The notes beneath the pieces were generated by a model. The model ran no database searches. It was not told where the DNA came from and was given only the letters and a program-made list of their open reading frames with translations. From contig CAVCKM010000094.1 in the NCBI GenBank assembly GCA_963602765.1, positions 1,479 to 65,478 on the forward strand: 64,000 bases of DNA, read 5' to 3'. The position numbers and the translations under genes were made by a program. This stretch comes from Alistipes putredinis. GTDB taxonomy: Bacteria > Bacteroidota > Bacteroidia > Bacteroidales > Bacteroidaceae. Of this stretch, positions 16,944 to 27,400 are shown piece after piece (position 1 is the stretch's first letter; each line of letters opens with the position of its first letter).

Positions 16944-19826
16944 TTAGTACCATCTGATGTTGTTGGAAGACGATGAACGCTTGTCGTACTTCAGAGCGTC
17001 GGTAAGCGTTGCCGCATTGCATCGGAAGGAGAAATTGTATGAGGTGTATGGCGAAATAACGACAGAGCACGACATGGAGAAGCAGTGGAGGTCGCGGGCA
17101 AGCGATGCAGTGGTCATGGAGAGCTTGTGGTAGTTGAAGTCATAGCCGGAGGAGAAGGAGATGTTCCAGCCGTCAGCTATGCGCACGTTGCCGGAGAAGT
17201 TGAGGTTCTGTGTGAACCGGTATGGGAATCGTCCCGTCTCGGGGTTGAATCCGCTTGCCGAACGGTCCTCGCTCATAGAGATGCCGTAGCTGAATGTGAG
17301 GCTCCACGGCATGGAGAACTTGAGGTATCCGTCGGCATCGGTCTCCGCCATGCTTCCGCTCTGGTTGTCTGCCCCTTTTGTGGCGGCCACCATCTTGTCG
17401 TCGACGTTGCTCTCTACGCCCGTGTCGGTGTCGGTTTTCTTGGCCTCTTCGGTCTTTTTGCCTTTGTCCCTTCCGAATAGCTTGCGCAGCTTCTCGGGGT
17501 TGAGTGTGTAGGAGATGTTCTGCGACATACCCTGGAAGCGTCCGAATCGGCCCTTGCTCCATTCCGTATGGTTTGACTCAAACAGGTTGCCGTTTTCGTC
17601 GAGCTCGTAGGCGTACGTAGCGAAGGTGGCGTTGACTCTGAACGTGTAGTTCTTCCACCATTTTAGTTGCAGTGCCACGGAGAGGTCGCTCCAGTTCTTT
17701 GTCTTTGCCGCCATGTTGTACGACAGAGAAGCTGAGAGCAGGTCGATGATGCTAATTTTCTTGTAGCCAGTAGAGTCTTTGTCCGACTTTACCTTCATCT
17801 CGATGTTGTTGTCAATCGACATGTTGATGGTTCCCTGCATGCCCTGCGATGGGCCGCCCGTCATTCCCTGGTAGTAGCTGTAGTCATGGTAGGTGACGTT
17901 GCCGTCCTTGTCCGTCTTGGTGTATGTGCCCCAGTATCCGTACCGCGAGGACGAGAAGTCCGGTGCGTAGGTGAAGGAGACCTTAGGGCTGATGGTGTGT
18001 CGTATGGCCTGTATTTTGTCGCCGAAGATTTTGCGGTTTGGGACGAAGTATCCGTACAGCGTGGTGTTTGCACTGACGGAAGCGTTCCACGTAAGCACGT
18101 TATTGAACCCGGAGACGGTGTCGCACACCTCCTTTTGATTTTCCACGTCCCACGAGCGGTTCACCTTGTAAGTGTACATCATGTCCTTGAGGGTGACCGA
18201 AGGTGTGACGTTGAGGTACTTTAGCACGGTGAAGTTGCCCTGTATGGGGATACTGTGCGAGAAGTAGTTTGTCCAGTCGCGTGAGAGGCTGGAGTGGAAG
18301 AGCTTGTTCTCCTTGGTGGAGATGGAGTTCTTCAGCTGTCCGGTATATGAGAAGTTTATCTTCTCGTACCACCTCTCGTTGCCCACCTGGCGTTTGCGTT
18401 TGAAGGGGTACACGCGGCTGAGTCTGAGGTCGAGGCTCGGGAAGGAGACATCGATGGTGGAGTCGCGCATATTCTGCGAGAGGTTGAGTGCGGTGCTGAG
18501 CGAGAGTCCGATGCTGGAGAACAGCGTGCTCCATGCTACGGATGAGGTACGTGTGCTCTGCGTGCGCGTGGTGGGGTTGTAGAAGGAGGTGAGGTTGCTG
18601 CTCTCGTAGCTTGACGTGGCGAAGTTCACGCTGGCGGAGAGCGAGGAGTAGGGGTTCGCCTTGGTGTCCTGGCGGTGCGACCATTGTATTTTGAAACTGG
18701 TCTGCTTGCTGTAGTCCGGGAATCCCTCGTCGCCCGAGCGTGAGTCGAGGTAGGAGGCGTAGAACTGTCCCGAGAATTTGTATCTCACCTTATAGTTTGA
18801 AGCCGCCGAGATGCCCCATGAGCCTTTTGTGTATATTTCGCCGAGCAGTTTGAGGTCAATCTTGTCGGAGATGGCGAAGTAGTATCCGCCGTCCCTGAGG
18901 TAGAAGCCCTTGTTTGAGTCGTCGCCGTATGTGGGCATGATGAATCCGCTGGCGTAGTTGCTTTTTGTGAAGGGGAAGAAGCCGTACGGTATGGCCAGCG
19001 GTAGGGGCACGTCCTGTACGACGAGGTATGCAGGTCCGAAGATGACCTCCTTTCCTGGTCGCACCTTTGCTCTTGTCAGGGCGAGGTAGAAGTCTGGGTC
19101 TGGGTCGTCGCAGGTGGTGTAGCGTCCGCGTTTTAGGTAGAAGTTGCCTTCCGCGTCGCGTTTCGACTTCTCAGAGACGAGGAATCCGCCGTCTTGTTCC
19201 GTGTATGCGTTCTGTATGAGACCTCGTTTGGACTTGAAGTTGAAGGCCATGGTGTCGGTCTCGTATTTGTCGCTTCCCATGAGGAAGACAGGTAGTCCGT
19301 AGCGTTCGTTCTTTGCGGTGTCCATAGCTCCTGTGGCGTGTACGACTGACGAGTCGAGCGACATGTTTATCTTTGCGGCTGTGAGGTCCATGTTGTCGTA
19401 CTTGACGTTGGACGAGCCGTAGAGGAATGCGCGTTTGATGTCGGCGAAGTATACGATGGAGTCCTTTGCCTCGTAGTTGACGGGCATGTCGATTGTGCCG
19501 CTCTTGGTGCGGTTGATGGAGTCGGCGTGGAGCGAGTCGTCGATGGCTTTGTTGCGTGCAAGGATAGCCTGGTGCAAGGAGTCCAGGACGACGGTATCTT
19601 TGCTGAGGGAGTCGCCGGTGAGTAGTGAGTCGGCGGCGGGCAGTGAGTCAGCGGTGATGGTGTCGGGTATGATGAGTGCCTCGTCACGGGGCTCTGTCTC
19701 AACGGCAGACGCAGAGTCGTCGGGAGTGGCTGCCTTGGCCACTCTCGTGGGAGTCTGCATTACGTTGGATGCCATGACAAGCGTTATGGCGAAGGGGAGT
19801 ATATATATTATTACACGTGTGCGCAT
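16944..19826 (-). CDS. Large outer-membrane protein, putative LPS-assembly protein LptD-like
   Basis: About 960 aa with a signal/TM N-terminus, an OstA-like N-terminal region, then a long beta-rich, Y/S/N/T-rich barrel ending in ...NNIRWY. Family assignment comes from pattern recognition only. Confidence 0.55.
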   Translation of the reverse strand: MRTRVIIYILPFAITLVMASNVMQTPTRVAKAATPDDSASAVETEPRDEALIIPDTITADSLPAADSLLTGDSLSKDTVVLDSLHQAILARNKAIDDSLHADSINRTKSGTIDMPVNYEAKDSIVYFADIKRAFLYGSSNVKYDNMDLTAAKINMSLDSSVVHATGAMDTAKNERYGLPVFLMGSDKYETDTMAFNFKSKRGLIQNAYTEQDGGFLVSEKSKRDAEGNFYLKRGRYTTCDDPDPDFYLALTRAKVRPGKEVIFGPAYLVVQDVPLPLAIPYGFFPFTKSNYASGFIMPTYGDDSNKGFYLRDGGYYFAISDKIDLKLLGEIYTKGSWGISAASNYKVRYKFSGQFYASYLDSRSGDEGFPDYSKQTSFKIQWSHRQDTKANPYSSLSASVNFATSSYESSNLTSFYNPTTRTQSTRTSSVAWSTLFSSIGLSLSTALNLSQNMRDSTIDVSFPSLDLRLSRVYPFKRKRQVGNERWYEKINFSYTGQLKNSISTKENKLFHSSLSRDWTNYFSHSIPIQGNFTVLKYLNVTPSVTLKDMMYTYKVNRSWDVENQKEVCDTVSGFNNVLTWNASVSANTTLYGYFVPNRKIFGDKIQAIRHTISPKVSFTYAPDFSSSRYGYWGTYTKTDKDGNVTYHDYSYYQGMTGGPSQGMQGTINMSIDNNIEMKVKSDKDSTGYKKISIIDLLSASLSYNMAAKTKNWSDLSVALQLKWWKNYTFRVNATFATYAYELDENGNLFESNHTEWSKGRFGRFQGMSQNISYTLNPEKLRKLFGRDKGKKTEEAKKTDTDTGVESNVDDKMVAATKGADNQSGSMAETDADGYLKFSMPWSLTFSYGISMSEDRSASGFNPETGRFPYRFTQNLNFSGNVRIADGWNISFSSGYDFNYHKLSMTTASLARDLHCFSMSCSVVISPYTSYNFSFRCNAATLTDALKYDKRSSSSNNIRWY

Positions 19827-19870
19827 ACTGAGGTGCAAAAGATGGACGGGTTGGGCGTTCCAATCGAGTG

Positions 19871-19878
19871 CAAAGGTA
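19871..19878 (-). promoter_or_regulatory. Bacteroidota-type -7 box (TACCTTTG) for the LptD-like gene
   Basis: Plus-strand CAAAGGTA, 45 nt upstream of ATG 19826. Confidence 0.4.
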
Positions 19879-19965
19879 ATAAATTATTTTGGTACAGACG
19901 TGTTTTTGTGTACTTTTTGTTTTCGCGGAAGCGATTTTGCGTTGCTTAACTAAGAGGTGGAACGT

Positions 19966-20030
19966 GTAATTCTTAGGTTCGGGTGGGTAATTCTTACGTT
20001 TGTTGGGCGTAAACCTTAGAGTTGCTGGGC
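19966..20030. repeat. Three degenerate tandem repeats of about 22 bp (GTAAttCTTAgGTTnnnnGGG)
   Basis: Units at 19966-19986, 19987-20008 and 20009-20030, in the 330-bp rarA/LptD-like intergenic region. Confidence 0.8.
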
Positions 20031-20156
20031 CGGGGACGCTAATAGATGCCCCATTTGTCCGCACATTTTGTAGTTTTTGTTGTCGGAGTACGTAAATATA
20101 GTGTCGGTGAGATGAGCTGAAAGAGCAGGTATTGCCATCGGAATGAGCACTTTCTG

Positions 20157-21428
20157 CTAATCCTTAAACCTGTCGCCCCAGGTACGCAGCATTTGCTGGT
20201 ATTGCTTTTCTTCAGCAGTGGAGTGCTGGGCGTGCCAAATGCGCTGGGTTTGCAGGGTGTCGGGCAGGTACTGCTGTGGCGTGAAGTTGCCGGGGAAGTC
20301 GTGGGGATATTTGTATCCGTCCTTGTATCCGAGGTCTTTCATCAGTTTTGTCGGAGCGTTGCGCAGGTGCAGAGGAACGGGGAGGTTGCCAGTTTGCCGT
20401 ACGAGTGCGAGGGCTTGGTCTATGGCGAGATAGGCGGAGTTGCTCTTGGGCGACGTGGCTAGGTAGACGCAGGCCTCGGCAAGGGCGATGCGTGCTTCCG
20501 GCCATCCTATCTTCATCACGGTGTCTAAGGCGGCATTGGCGAGGAGCAGGGCGTTTGGGTTTGCCAGTCCGATGTCTTCTGAGGCTGAGATGACGAGTCG
20601 GCGTGCGATGAACTGCGGGTCTTCGCCGCCCTCTATCATGCGTGCCATCCAGTAGAGTGCGGCGTCGGGGTCGCTGCCGCGTATGCTTTTGATGAATGCC
20701 GAGATGATGTCGTAGTGCATCTCGCCCTGCTTGTCGTAGGCGAGTGGGTTCTGCTGCAAGCGGCTCTCGACGAGGGTGTCGGTAATCTCTACCGTGTTCG
20801 ATGACTCAGACTCTACGACGAGTTGTAGTATGTTGAGCAGTTTTCTGGCATCACCACCGCTAAACCGTAGTATTGCGCCCGTGTCTTTGATGTTGATGGT
20901 GCGTTGCTTCAGTTCTTCGTCTGTGGTGACGGCGCGGTGGAGCAGTTCGAGGAGGTCTTCCTTTCCGAGGCTTTTCAGGATGTACAGCTGGCAGCGCGAG
21001 AGCAGCGGACGGATGACTTCGAAGGAGGGGTTCTCCGTGGTGGCTCCGATGAGAGTCACGACCCCTTGCTCCACAGCCCCGAGCAGGGAGTCCTGTTGCG
21101 ACTTGGAGAAACGGTGTATCTCGTCGATGAAGAGTATGGGGGAGGCAGCGGAGAAGAAGCGGTTGCTCTTTGCCTTTTCGATGACTTCGCGTACGTCTTT
21201 CACGCCGCTTGTGACGGCGGAGAGCGTATAGAACGGTGTCTCCAGTTTGTGGGCAATGATTTGTGCAAGTGTCGTCTTGCCGACTCCCGGAGGTCCCCAG
21301 AGTATGAACGACGAGATGTGTCCGGAGTCTATCATGTTTCGGAGAACGGCACCCTCTCCGACGAGGTGCTTCTGACCTATGTATTCGTCCAGTGTTTTCG
21401 GACGGAGTCTTTCTGCTAGGGGTTGCAT
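20157..21428 (-). CDS. rarA: Replication-associated recombination protein A (AAA+ ATPase)
   Basis: Walker A GPPGVGKTT, FIDEIHRF, and the MgsA C-terminal domain (DAALYWMARM..GEDP). Confidence 0.9.
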   Translation of the reverse strand: MQPLAERLRPKTLDEYIGQKHLVGEGAVLRNMIDSGHISSFILWGPPGVGKTTLAQIIAHKLETPFYTLSAVTSGVKDVREVIEKAKSNRFFSAASPILFIDEIHRFSKSQQDSLLGAVEQGVVTLIGATTENPSFEVIRPLLSRCQLYILKSLGKEDLLELLHRAVTTDEELKQRTINIKDTGAILRFSGGDARKLLNILQLVVESESSNTVEITDTLVESRLQQNPLAYDKQGEMHYDIISAFIKSIRGSDPDAALYWMARMIEGGEDPQFIARRLVISASEDIGLANPNALLLANAALDTVMKIGWPEARIALAEACVYLATSPKSNSAYLAIDQALALVRQTGNLPVPLHLRNAPTKLMKDLGYKDGYKYPHDFPGNFTPQQYLPDTLQTQRIWHAQHSTAEEKQYQQMLRTWGDRFKD

Positions 21429-21460
21429 GATACTACAGTTGCGGGGGATTATGGGGGATG

Positions 21461-24376
21461 TTACTTACAGAATTGTGCGAAAGCGCAGTTGTCGCAGTGC
21501 TTGGTTGTCGGTGTGGGGCGGAAGGGGGTGTCGATGTCGAAAATCTCCTTGATGAGAGCATTCAGCTGCTCCATGTAGTCTTTGGAGTAGACGGAGATGT
21601 CCGTCACGGGGTGGCTGTCCAGTGTCAGTAGTGGGTTGAAGTCCTGTTTGTGTGCAGCCTGCACGAAGAGCAGTCCCGCGGCAACGGGTTGCAGTCCGGA
21701 CTTTTGTGCCGAGAGTATAGTGGCGTAGAGGAATGCCTGCAGGTAGTAGTCCGAGTGCTCTGCAATGTTGGCGGGGTTGAAGATGTCCTCGACGGACTTT
21801 ATCTTTGAAGTGCTGTGCGCGCGTCCCGTTTTGTAGTCGATGATGCGTAGGAGCGGCAAGCCGTCCGGACCAGTCACTTGGTCAATGCGGTCGGCGATAC
21901 CCCCGACAGCAATGGTATGCTCAGCACCGTCGGCTAGGGTCACGGTAGTGTTGTGGTAGAGTTTGTCCTCCACGCCCACAATGGTGAGCGGTGCCAGCGA
22001 GCGGTCGTAAGTCAGCATGCTGCGCAGGAAACGGATTATCATCTGCCTGTTTATGAGCAGCAGACCTCCGAGGCGCGGCGTAGGGCGACGGTCGTTCTCT
22101 CCGATGTTGAACAGCTCCGTGCGGAATGCGTTGTCAACGAGCTGTTCAATGGTTGTGTCGTCCTTGGCGAGCAGTTTGTCGAAGAACTCGCGCGGCAGTT
22201 CGCGTCCCAGATATGGGCGGTAGAGACATTCTGCGGCACGGTGGAAGATGTTGCCGAACGTGCGCTGGTCCATCTCCTCTTCGTCGGTCTGGTTGGTGTC
22301 GTCGATGCCGGCGATGTGTTTGTAGTAGAACTGCAGCGGACAGCGTAGGTATTTGCCCAATGCCGAGGGTGACAGTCTTCCCCGGTCGAGCATCTTTTGG
22401 ATGATGTCCTGGGTCTTCGGAATGTCCTGACGCGCCACCTTGCCCACGTCCTGGCCAGCCTCTAGGGCAAGACGTTGGATGGGGTGGGGGTATTCGGCGA
22501 GCATCTGTAGCATGAAGCGTGACATGTCCCCAGTGTGCCCGAGGTCTGCCGTGCTGTTGTAGCTGATGCTGACGTCTGAGGCGCGCTGCAGTAGGCGGTG
22601 GAAGTAGAAGGCGTTGATGGCCACCTTGTTGTCGATGGTGGTCAGTTCGTATGCCTTGCGTATGGAGTGTGGGATGAACGACGAGTCGCTGACCTTTGAC
22701 GGCAGGTTGCCGTCGTTGCAGGACAGTATGAGCAGGTGGTCGAAGTCAAGGTTGCGCGTTTCCAGCACCCCCATAATCTGTATGCCCTCTATCGGTTCGC
22801 CGTGGAAGGGGATGGTGGTGGTGTTGACAATCTGTTGGAGCAGTTTCTGGAAGAGCGGGGCTTCGATGCTTATGCCGTTGTCTGCAATAAGCTGCTTCAT
22901 CCTGTTGAGTAGTGTGTACATACGGTAGAGGGCCTCGGCGGTGAAGTCGTCGTGAGGTGTGGCGGCGGACTGTGGGTCGTCCGTCTTCTCGGACGCGGCA
23001 ACAGCGAGGGCTATCGTCTGTACCAGCCACAGGAGACGTGCAGTCATCTCTTTGACGCTGCTCTTGTCTGCCAGAGGCGAGAAGAGCTGGGCGAGGTTCT
23101 CGTCGGCAGAAAGCTCCGTCAGTGTGGGGTAGTAGATGCACTTTGCGTTGAGGGTGTTGCAGAGATCTTCCGCTTTGGGGGAGATGAACTTGGCGTACGG
23201 ATGGCGCAGTATGGCGTTGACGGTGTGCAGCGTGTAGTGTCCGCCGCGTTGCATCAGGGCCAGAGCAATAATGACCAGCGGCGTGACGGGCGACTGGTTG
23301 AGCGGATAGCCGGTGGTGATGTTGACGTGCTCCACGGCCGGTGGCAGACAGTGCAGCACCGTCGTGAGCAGTGACTCGTCAGCCATCACGATGGCAGTTC
23401 GTCTGCCTGCAGCAATGCGCTCGGGGGTGAGCCACTGGGCGACGTAGCGGGCCTGTATGTCCTCCGTGGATGCCGTGATGAAGGAGACGTTCTTGGGCTT
23501 AGAGAAGTTGTTGTAAGTGTCCGAGTCGGCAGGAAGCTCATTGGGGAAGTGCTTGAGGTACTGTGCGATGTACCTGCCAGCCTCGCTCTTCATGTAGTAG
23601 TGGTCGTAGTCCCAGTAGAACTTTGCGCGACCTTCCTTCATGTAGTATGAGAAGAAAGTCTGCTCTACGGGGTTGAGGAGATTGAAGCCGACGAAGACGA
23701 GTGTGGTGTCCGTTGCCAGCGTGCCCTTGGGGACGGAGGCTGTTCTGTCGTCTGGTGTGCCCAACATCCGTTTCTGCAGCTGTTCCGCCACTTGTCTGTA
23801 GAGGAGTCCTTCGTAGGCTATGCCCTTTTCGGTCAGTCGCTGGCGGTAGATGGTGTATATGTCATAGAGCTTGCTCCATAGGTTGAGGAAGCGTTCTTTG
23901 AGCTTGCTGTTGTGGTCGGGCGAGAAGTTGCTGAAGAAGTGTAGTATGGCCTGGTGCTGTTCGGGGGTTAGGTAGTCCACGCTGTCCAGTTCGTGGATGT
24001 CGCTCAGGTTGGCGAACACTTGCTTGGCGTTTGCCAGATGCTTGTCCACATCGTCGAAGTCGCTGAGCATGAGCTCTCCCCAAGCGTAGAATTGGTCGAG
24101 CGTCTCGTCGGAGTTCTTCACTACTTCGAGGTAAACTTTGTGCAGTTCGCTGACGAGCATGATGTGGTCGGCAATCTCCAGTGAAGACTGCTCGCGGAAG
24201 AGTTCGCTGATGGTGATGTACTGCGGACTCCATACTGGTGCGGTGCAGATGTCCTGCAGGGCTTTGTTGAAGAAGAGTGATGCTCGTTTGTTAGGGAAAA
24301 CCAGCGTCACGTCAGCGAAGTTGCCGTTATGCTTGCGGTATAGGTCTGCCGCAACGATGTCGAGGAATGTTTGCAT
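21461..24376 (-). CDS. AddB-like PD-(D/E)XK nuclease subunit with a C-terminal Fe-S (CX2CX5C) motif
   Basis: IIDYKTG and QAFLY nuclease motifs. Cys in ...RCPLQFYY plus a terminal CDNCAFAQFC match the AddB/Cas4-type iron-staple pattern. No Walker A at the N-terminus. Confidence 0.7.
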   Translation of the reverse strand: MQTFLDIVAADLYRKHNGNFADVTLVFPNKRASLFFNKALQDICTAPVWSPQYITISELFREQSSLEIADHIMLVSELHKVYLEVVKNSDETLDQFYAWGELMLSDFDDVDKHLANAKQVFANLSDIHELDSVDYLTPEQHQAILHFFSNFSPDHNSKLKERFLNLWSKLYDIYTIYRQRLTEKGIAYEGLLYRQVAEQLQKRMLGTPDDRTASVPKGTLATDTTLVFVGFNLLNPVEQTFFSYYMKEGRAKFYWDYDHYYMKSEAGRYIAQYLKHFPNELPADSDTYNNFSKPKNVSFITASTEDIQARYVAQWLTPERIAAGRRTAIVMADESLLTTVLHCLPPAVEHVNITTGYPLNQSPVTPLVIIALALMQRGGHYTLHTVNAILRHPYAKFISPKAEDLCNTLNAKCIYYPTLTELSADENLAQLFSPLADKSSVKEMTARLLWLVQTIALAVAASEKTDDPQSAATPHDDFTAEALYRMYTLLNRMKQLIADNGISIEAPLFQKLLQQIVNTTTIPFHGEPIEGIQIMGVLETRNLDFDHLLILSCNDGNLPSKVSDSSFIPHSIRKAYELTTIDNKVAINAFYFHRLLQRASDVSISYNSTADLGHTGDMSRFMLQMLAEYPHPIQRLALEAGQDVGKVARQDIPKTQDIIQKMLDRGRLSPSALGKYLRCPLQFYYKHIAGIDDTNQTDEEEMDQRTFGNIFHRAAECLYRPYLGRELPREFFDKLLAKDDTTIEQLVDNAFRTELFNIGENDRRPTPRLGGLLLINRQMIIRFLRSMLTYDRSLAPLTIVGVEDKLYHNTTVTLADGAEHTIAVGGIADRIDQVTGPDGLPLLRIIDYKTGRAHSTSKIKSVEDIFNPANIAEHSDYYLQAFLYATILSAQKSGLQPVAAGLLFVQAAHKQDFNPLLTLDSHPVTDISVYSKDYMEQLNALIKEIFDIDTPFRPTPTTKHCDNCAFAQFCK

Positions 24377-24400
24377 GAGTCGTGTAGGGAAGAGGTGGGG

Positions 24401-27400
24401 TTAGATGGAGACTATCTCGTTTCTGCTGATGTACCAGAGGTATCCGTGTACGTTTGGTAGTCCCATTTGGGTGAGTAGCTTGACGTAGGTGTCAACCTGT
24501 TCGTGATAGCCGGGGTGCGGACTGCCGAACTTGAAGTCGATGACGATGGTTTCCTTTCCGTCAGTTATGACGCGGTCGGGACGCTGCTCGCCTTCTTTGG
24601 GGAGGATGATACTGCGTTCGTTGTATACTCGCCAACGGCTAGAGAACCAGTCCTTTACCTGTGGGTCGGCGAACTTCTGGCGTAGCGTGTCGAGGAGTTC
24701 GTCCTTGGTGAGCGATTCGTCGTAGAGGGTACCGTCGAACTCCATGCGCTGCAATGCCGGTTCCAGGTCGTCCAACGTTTGTATGGTGGAGAATATCTGG
24801 TGCATGACGGTGCCGAGCCGCACCATGCGCTGGCGGTCGGACTCACTGGCGCAGTCGTCGGCAAAGCGACGGCTCTCGTTGCTCTGACGGTATTTGCCCT
24901 TGCTGTCGTAAGAGCAGATGCCGACGGTTACTGGTGTGCTGGCGGGGATGAAGACGTTCGTGCTGGCAGTCTTCGATTTCTTCTCTACGTCCTTCAGAGT
25001 GCCGAACGTAAGGGTGATGGTACCGCTCTCAAGTCCGTCGACATGCAGTGGCACGCCTGCCACCTCCTTGGGCAGTTGCTCGACGACCTTCTGGATGAGT
25101 CCGTCGCATTTGCTGCCCTCTTTCAAGTCGCGTTGTCCGAATATGAACAGCGAATGCCCCGCACGTGTCATGGCGACGTAGAGAAGGTTGAGGTTGTCGA
25201 CGTATGTCTGTACCGTCTCGTCAAGCCCCTCGTCTTCATAGATGGAGTTTTTGAGTGTGTCTTTGTTGGTGAACGTCACGGGCAGTACGGGGATGTCGCT
25301 GAAGGGAGCTACCTGGGGGTTCACCCATATTGTCGTGCCGTGTGAGGAGAAGAACTTCCAGTTGCAGTACGGCAGCAGGACGTGTTTGAACTCCAGACCT
25401 TTGCTCTTGTGTATGGTGAGAAGGCGGATGCCGTTGGTGTCGGAAGACTGTATCGACATTCGGAATATTTCTGCGTCCCACTCTTTGAGGAAGTCCTCAA
25501 TGACGGGAGTGCTGTTGGTGCAGAACTCGTGCAGCTTGTCCATGAAGCAATTGACGTATGCCGCCTGTCCGTCCGCCTGTCCGTTGACGGAGAAGAGGAC
25601 GATGAGTTGTTCCGCCATGTCCGTCAGAGGCATGGTGAGCAGTCTGCGGCGCTGTTCCTCGGAGAATCCTTCGGGCAACATCTTCCACAGACTCTCACCA
25701 TAGAGAGCGGAGTCGTCGGCGGTTTGGCGTATAACGCCGTTTTGGTAGTCCTTGACGAGCGTGGCGAGAGAAATGTCGTCGTCTGGGTGTGCGAGAACCT
25801 TCATCGCATTCACGATGACGCGCACTGCCGGCGAGGCACCCAGTTGGAATGCCTCGTTGGAGATGACGTGGTAGTCGCTGTTCTCTTCGATGTACTTTGC
25901 CAGTTCTTTCATCTCCTTCGTGTTGCGTGTGAGGATGGCGATGTCGCCGGGGCGTTCGCCACGTTCTATCAGGAACCGTATGGTGTCCAGCGTCAGCACG
26001 GGAATGTTCTCCATCTCGTCTTTCGTGAGCAGTTCGATGTGCACCATTCCGCTGAGGGTCTCTTTCTTGTTGTCGGGGATGAGCTGCTCCACGTCTTTGT
26101 AGGCTTGCTTCAGTTGCGCTGCCCATGCGTCGGCACGTACGGAAGCGTCTGCGCCGATGATGTTCTCGGTAATCTGTGCCGCCAGTTCGAAGAATATGTT
26201 GTTGAACGCCACGATGTTGTGCGAAGAACGGTAGTTTGTCAGTCGCGGCTCGAACGCCAGTTGTTCCGGTCGGAACTCCTTTTGTATGTCGTTGAGCAGA
26301 CGCCAGTCTCCCGAACGGAATCGGTAGATGCTTTGCTTTACGTCGCCCACGATGATGTTCTGGCTCAGTTTTCTTTCGTCAGTCTGTGGTTCGGTGTGGC
26401 TCATGCACTCGTTGAGCAGCGTCTTAAAGTTGGCCCACTGCACGACGCTCGTGTCCTGAAACTCGTCAATCATGATGTGCTCCAGGTGCGCCCCGATTTT
26501 CTCGAAGACAAACGGCGAGTCGTCCTCGCCAATCATCTCCCGCAAGAAAGCCTGCGTGTCGCTGAGCATGAAGCGTTGTACGTCTTCGTTCTGACGGTGT
26601 GAGGTGTCTTCGATAAATTTCAACAGGCGTATGTTGTTGATGTTCTGCAGCGTAATTTTAGCCGAGTTGTAGCGGCGGTAGTCGCGGCTGCGGCTTTCCT
26701 CTATTTCGTTCAGCAGAGGAATGAGTTTTGATTTTGCCAGATTGACGACGGCTTCGTACTGCGGTGTGCTCTTCTTGCCCCATTTCGAAGGATTCCCCTT
26801 GGCGTCCTCCACACGCTTGCCTACGATGTCGTCGCTAAACACGGCTGCAGCCAGTTTGAAGAAGTAGTTTATGACGCCGGACTTGCCGTATAAGAAATCG
26901 GTCACACCAAGTCCTGCCTTCTCCATTTCAGCTATCCCCTCCTTGCCCTTTGACACGTATTTCTCCTTTACCTCCCTGATGATGACGTTGAGGGTGCGTT
27001 TGAATTCCGTGAAGAACTTCTGGTTGCCGAGTACCTGATCGAGTGCTTCACGGTTTTGCTTGTATTCCTCTTCGTAGATGTTCTTGCCGAACGACTTGAT
27101 GGAGCCTATAGGATTCCAGCTCTTGTCGGCATCCATGTTGTCGTGTATGTACTCCATGACGATGCCCATGAGTTGCTTGTCCTCAGCCAAAGAGTCGATA
27201 ATCTCGTCCACTGCCTGGTCTATCACCTGTTCCTGGTTCAGTCCCACGCGCAGGTTGGCATTGAGCTGCAGTTCGCGCGCCATATTCTTCAGCACGGTCT
27301 GGAAGAACGCGTCTATGGTCTGCACGCGGAAATAGTGGTAGTTGTGCAGCAGGTTTGTCATGGCCCTTGCTGCCTGAGAGCGGATGAGCTCAGGGCTGTC

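Noticed and set aside
25382-26602. 406-aa ORF on the + strand
   Set aside because: It is antisense to the addA-like helicase and has shadow-ORF composition.
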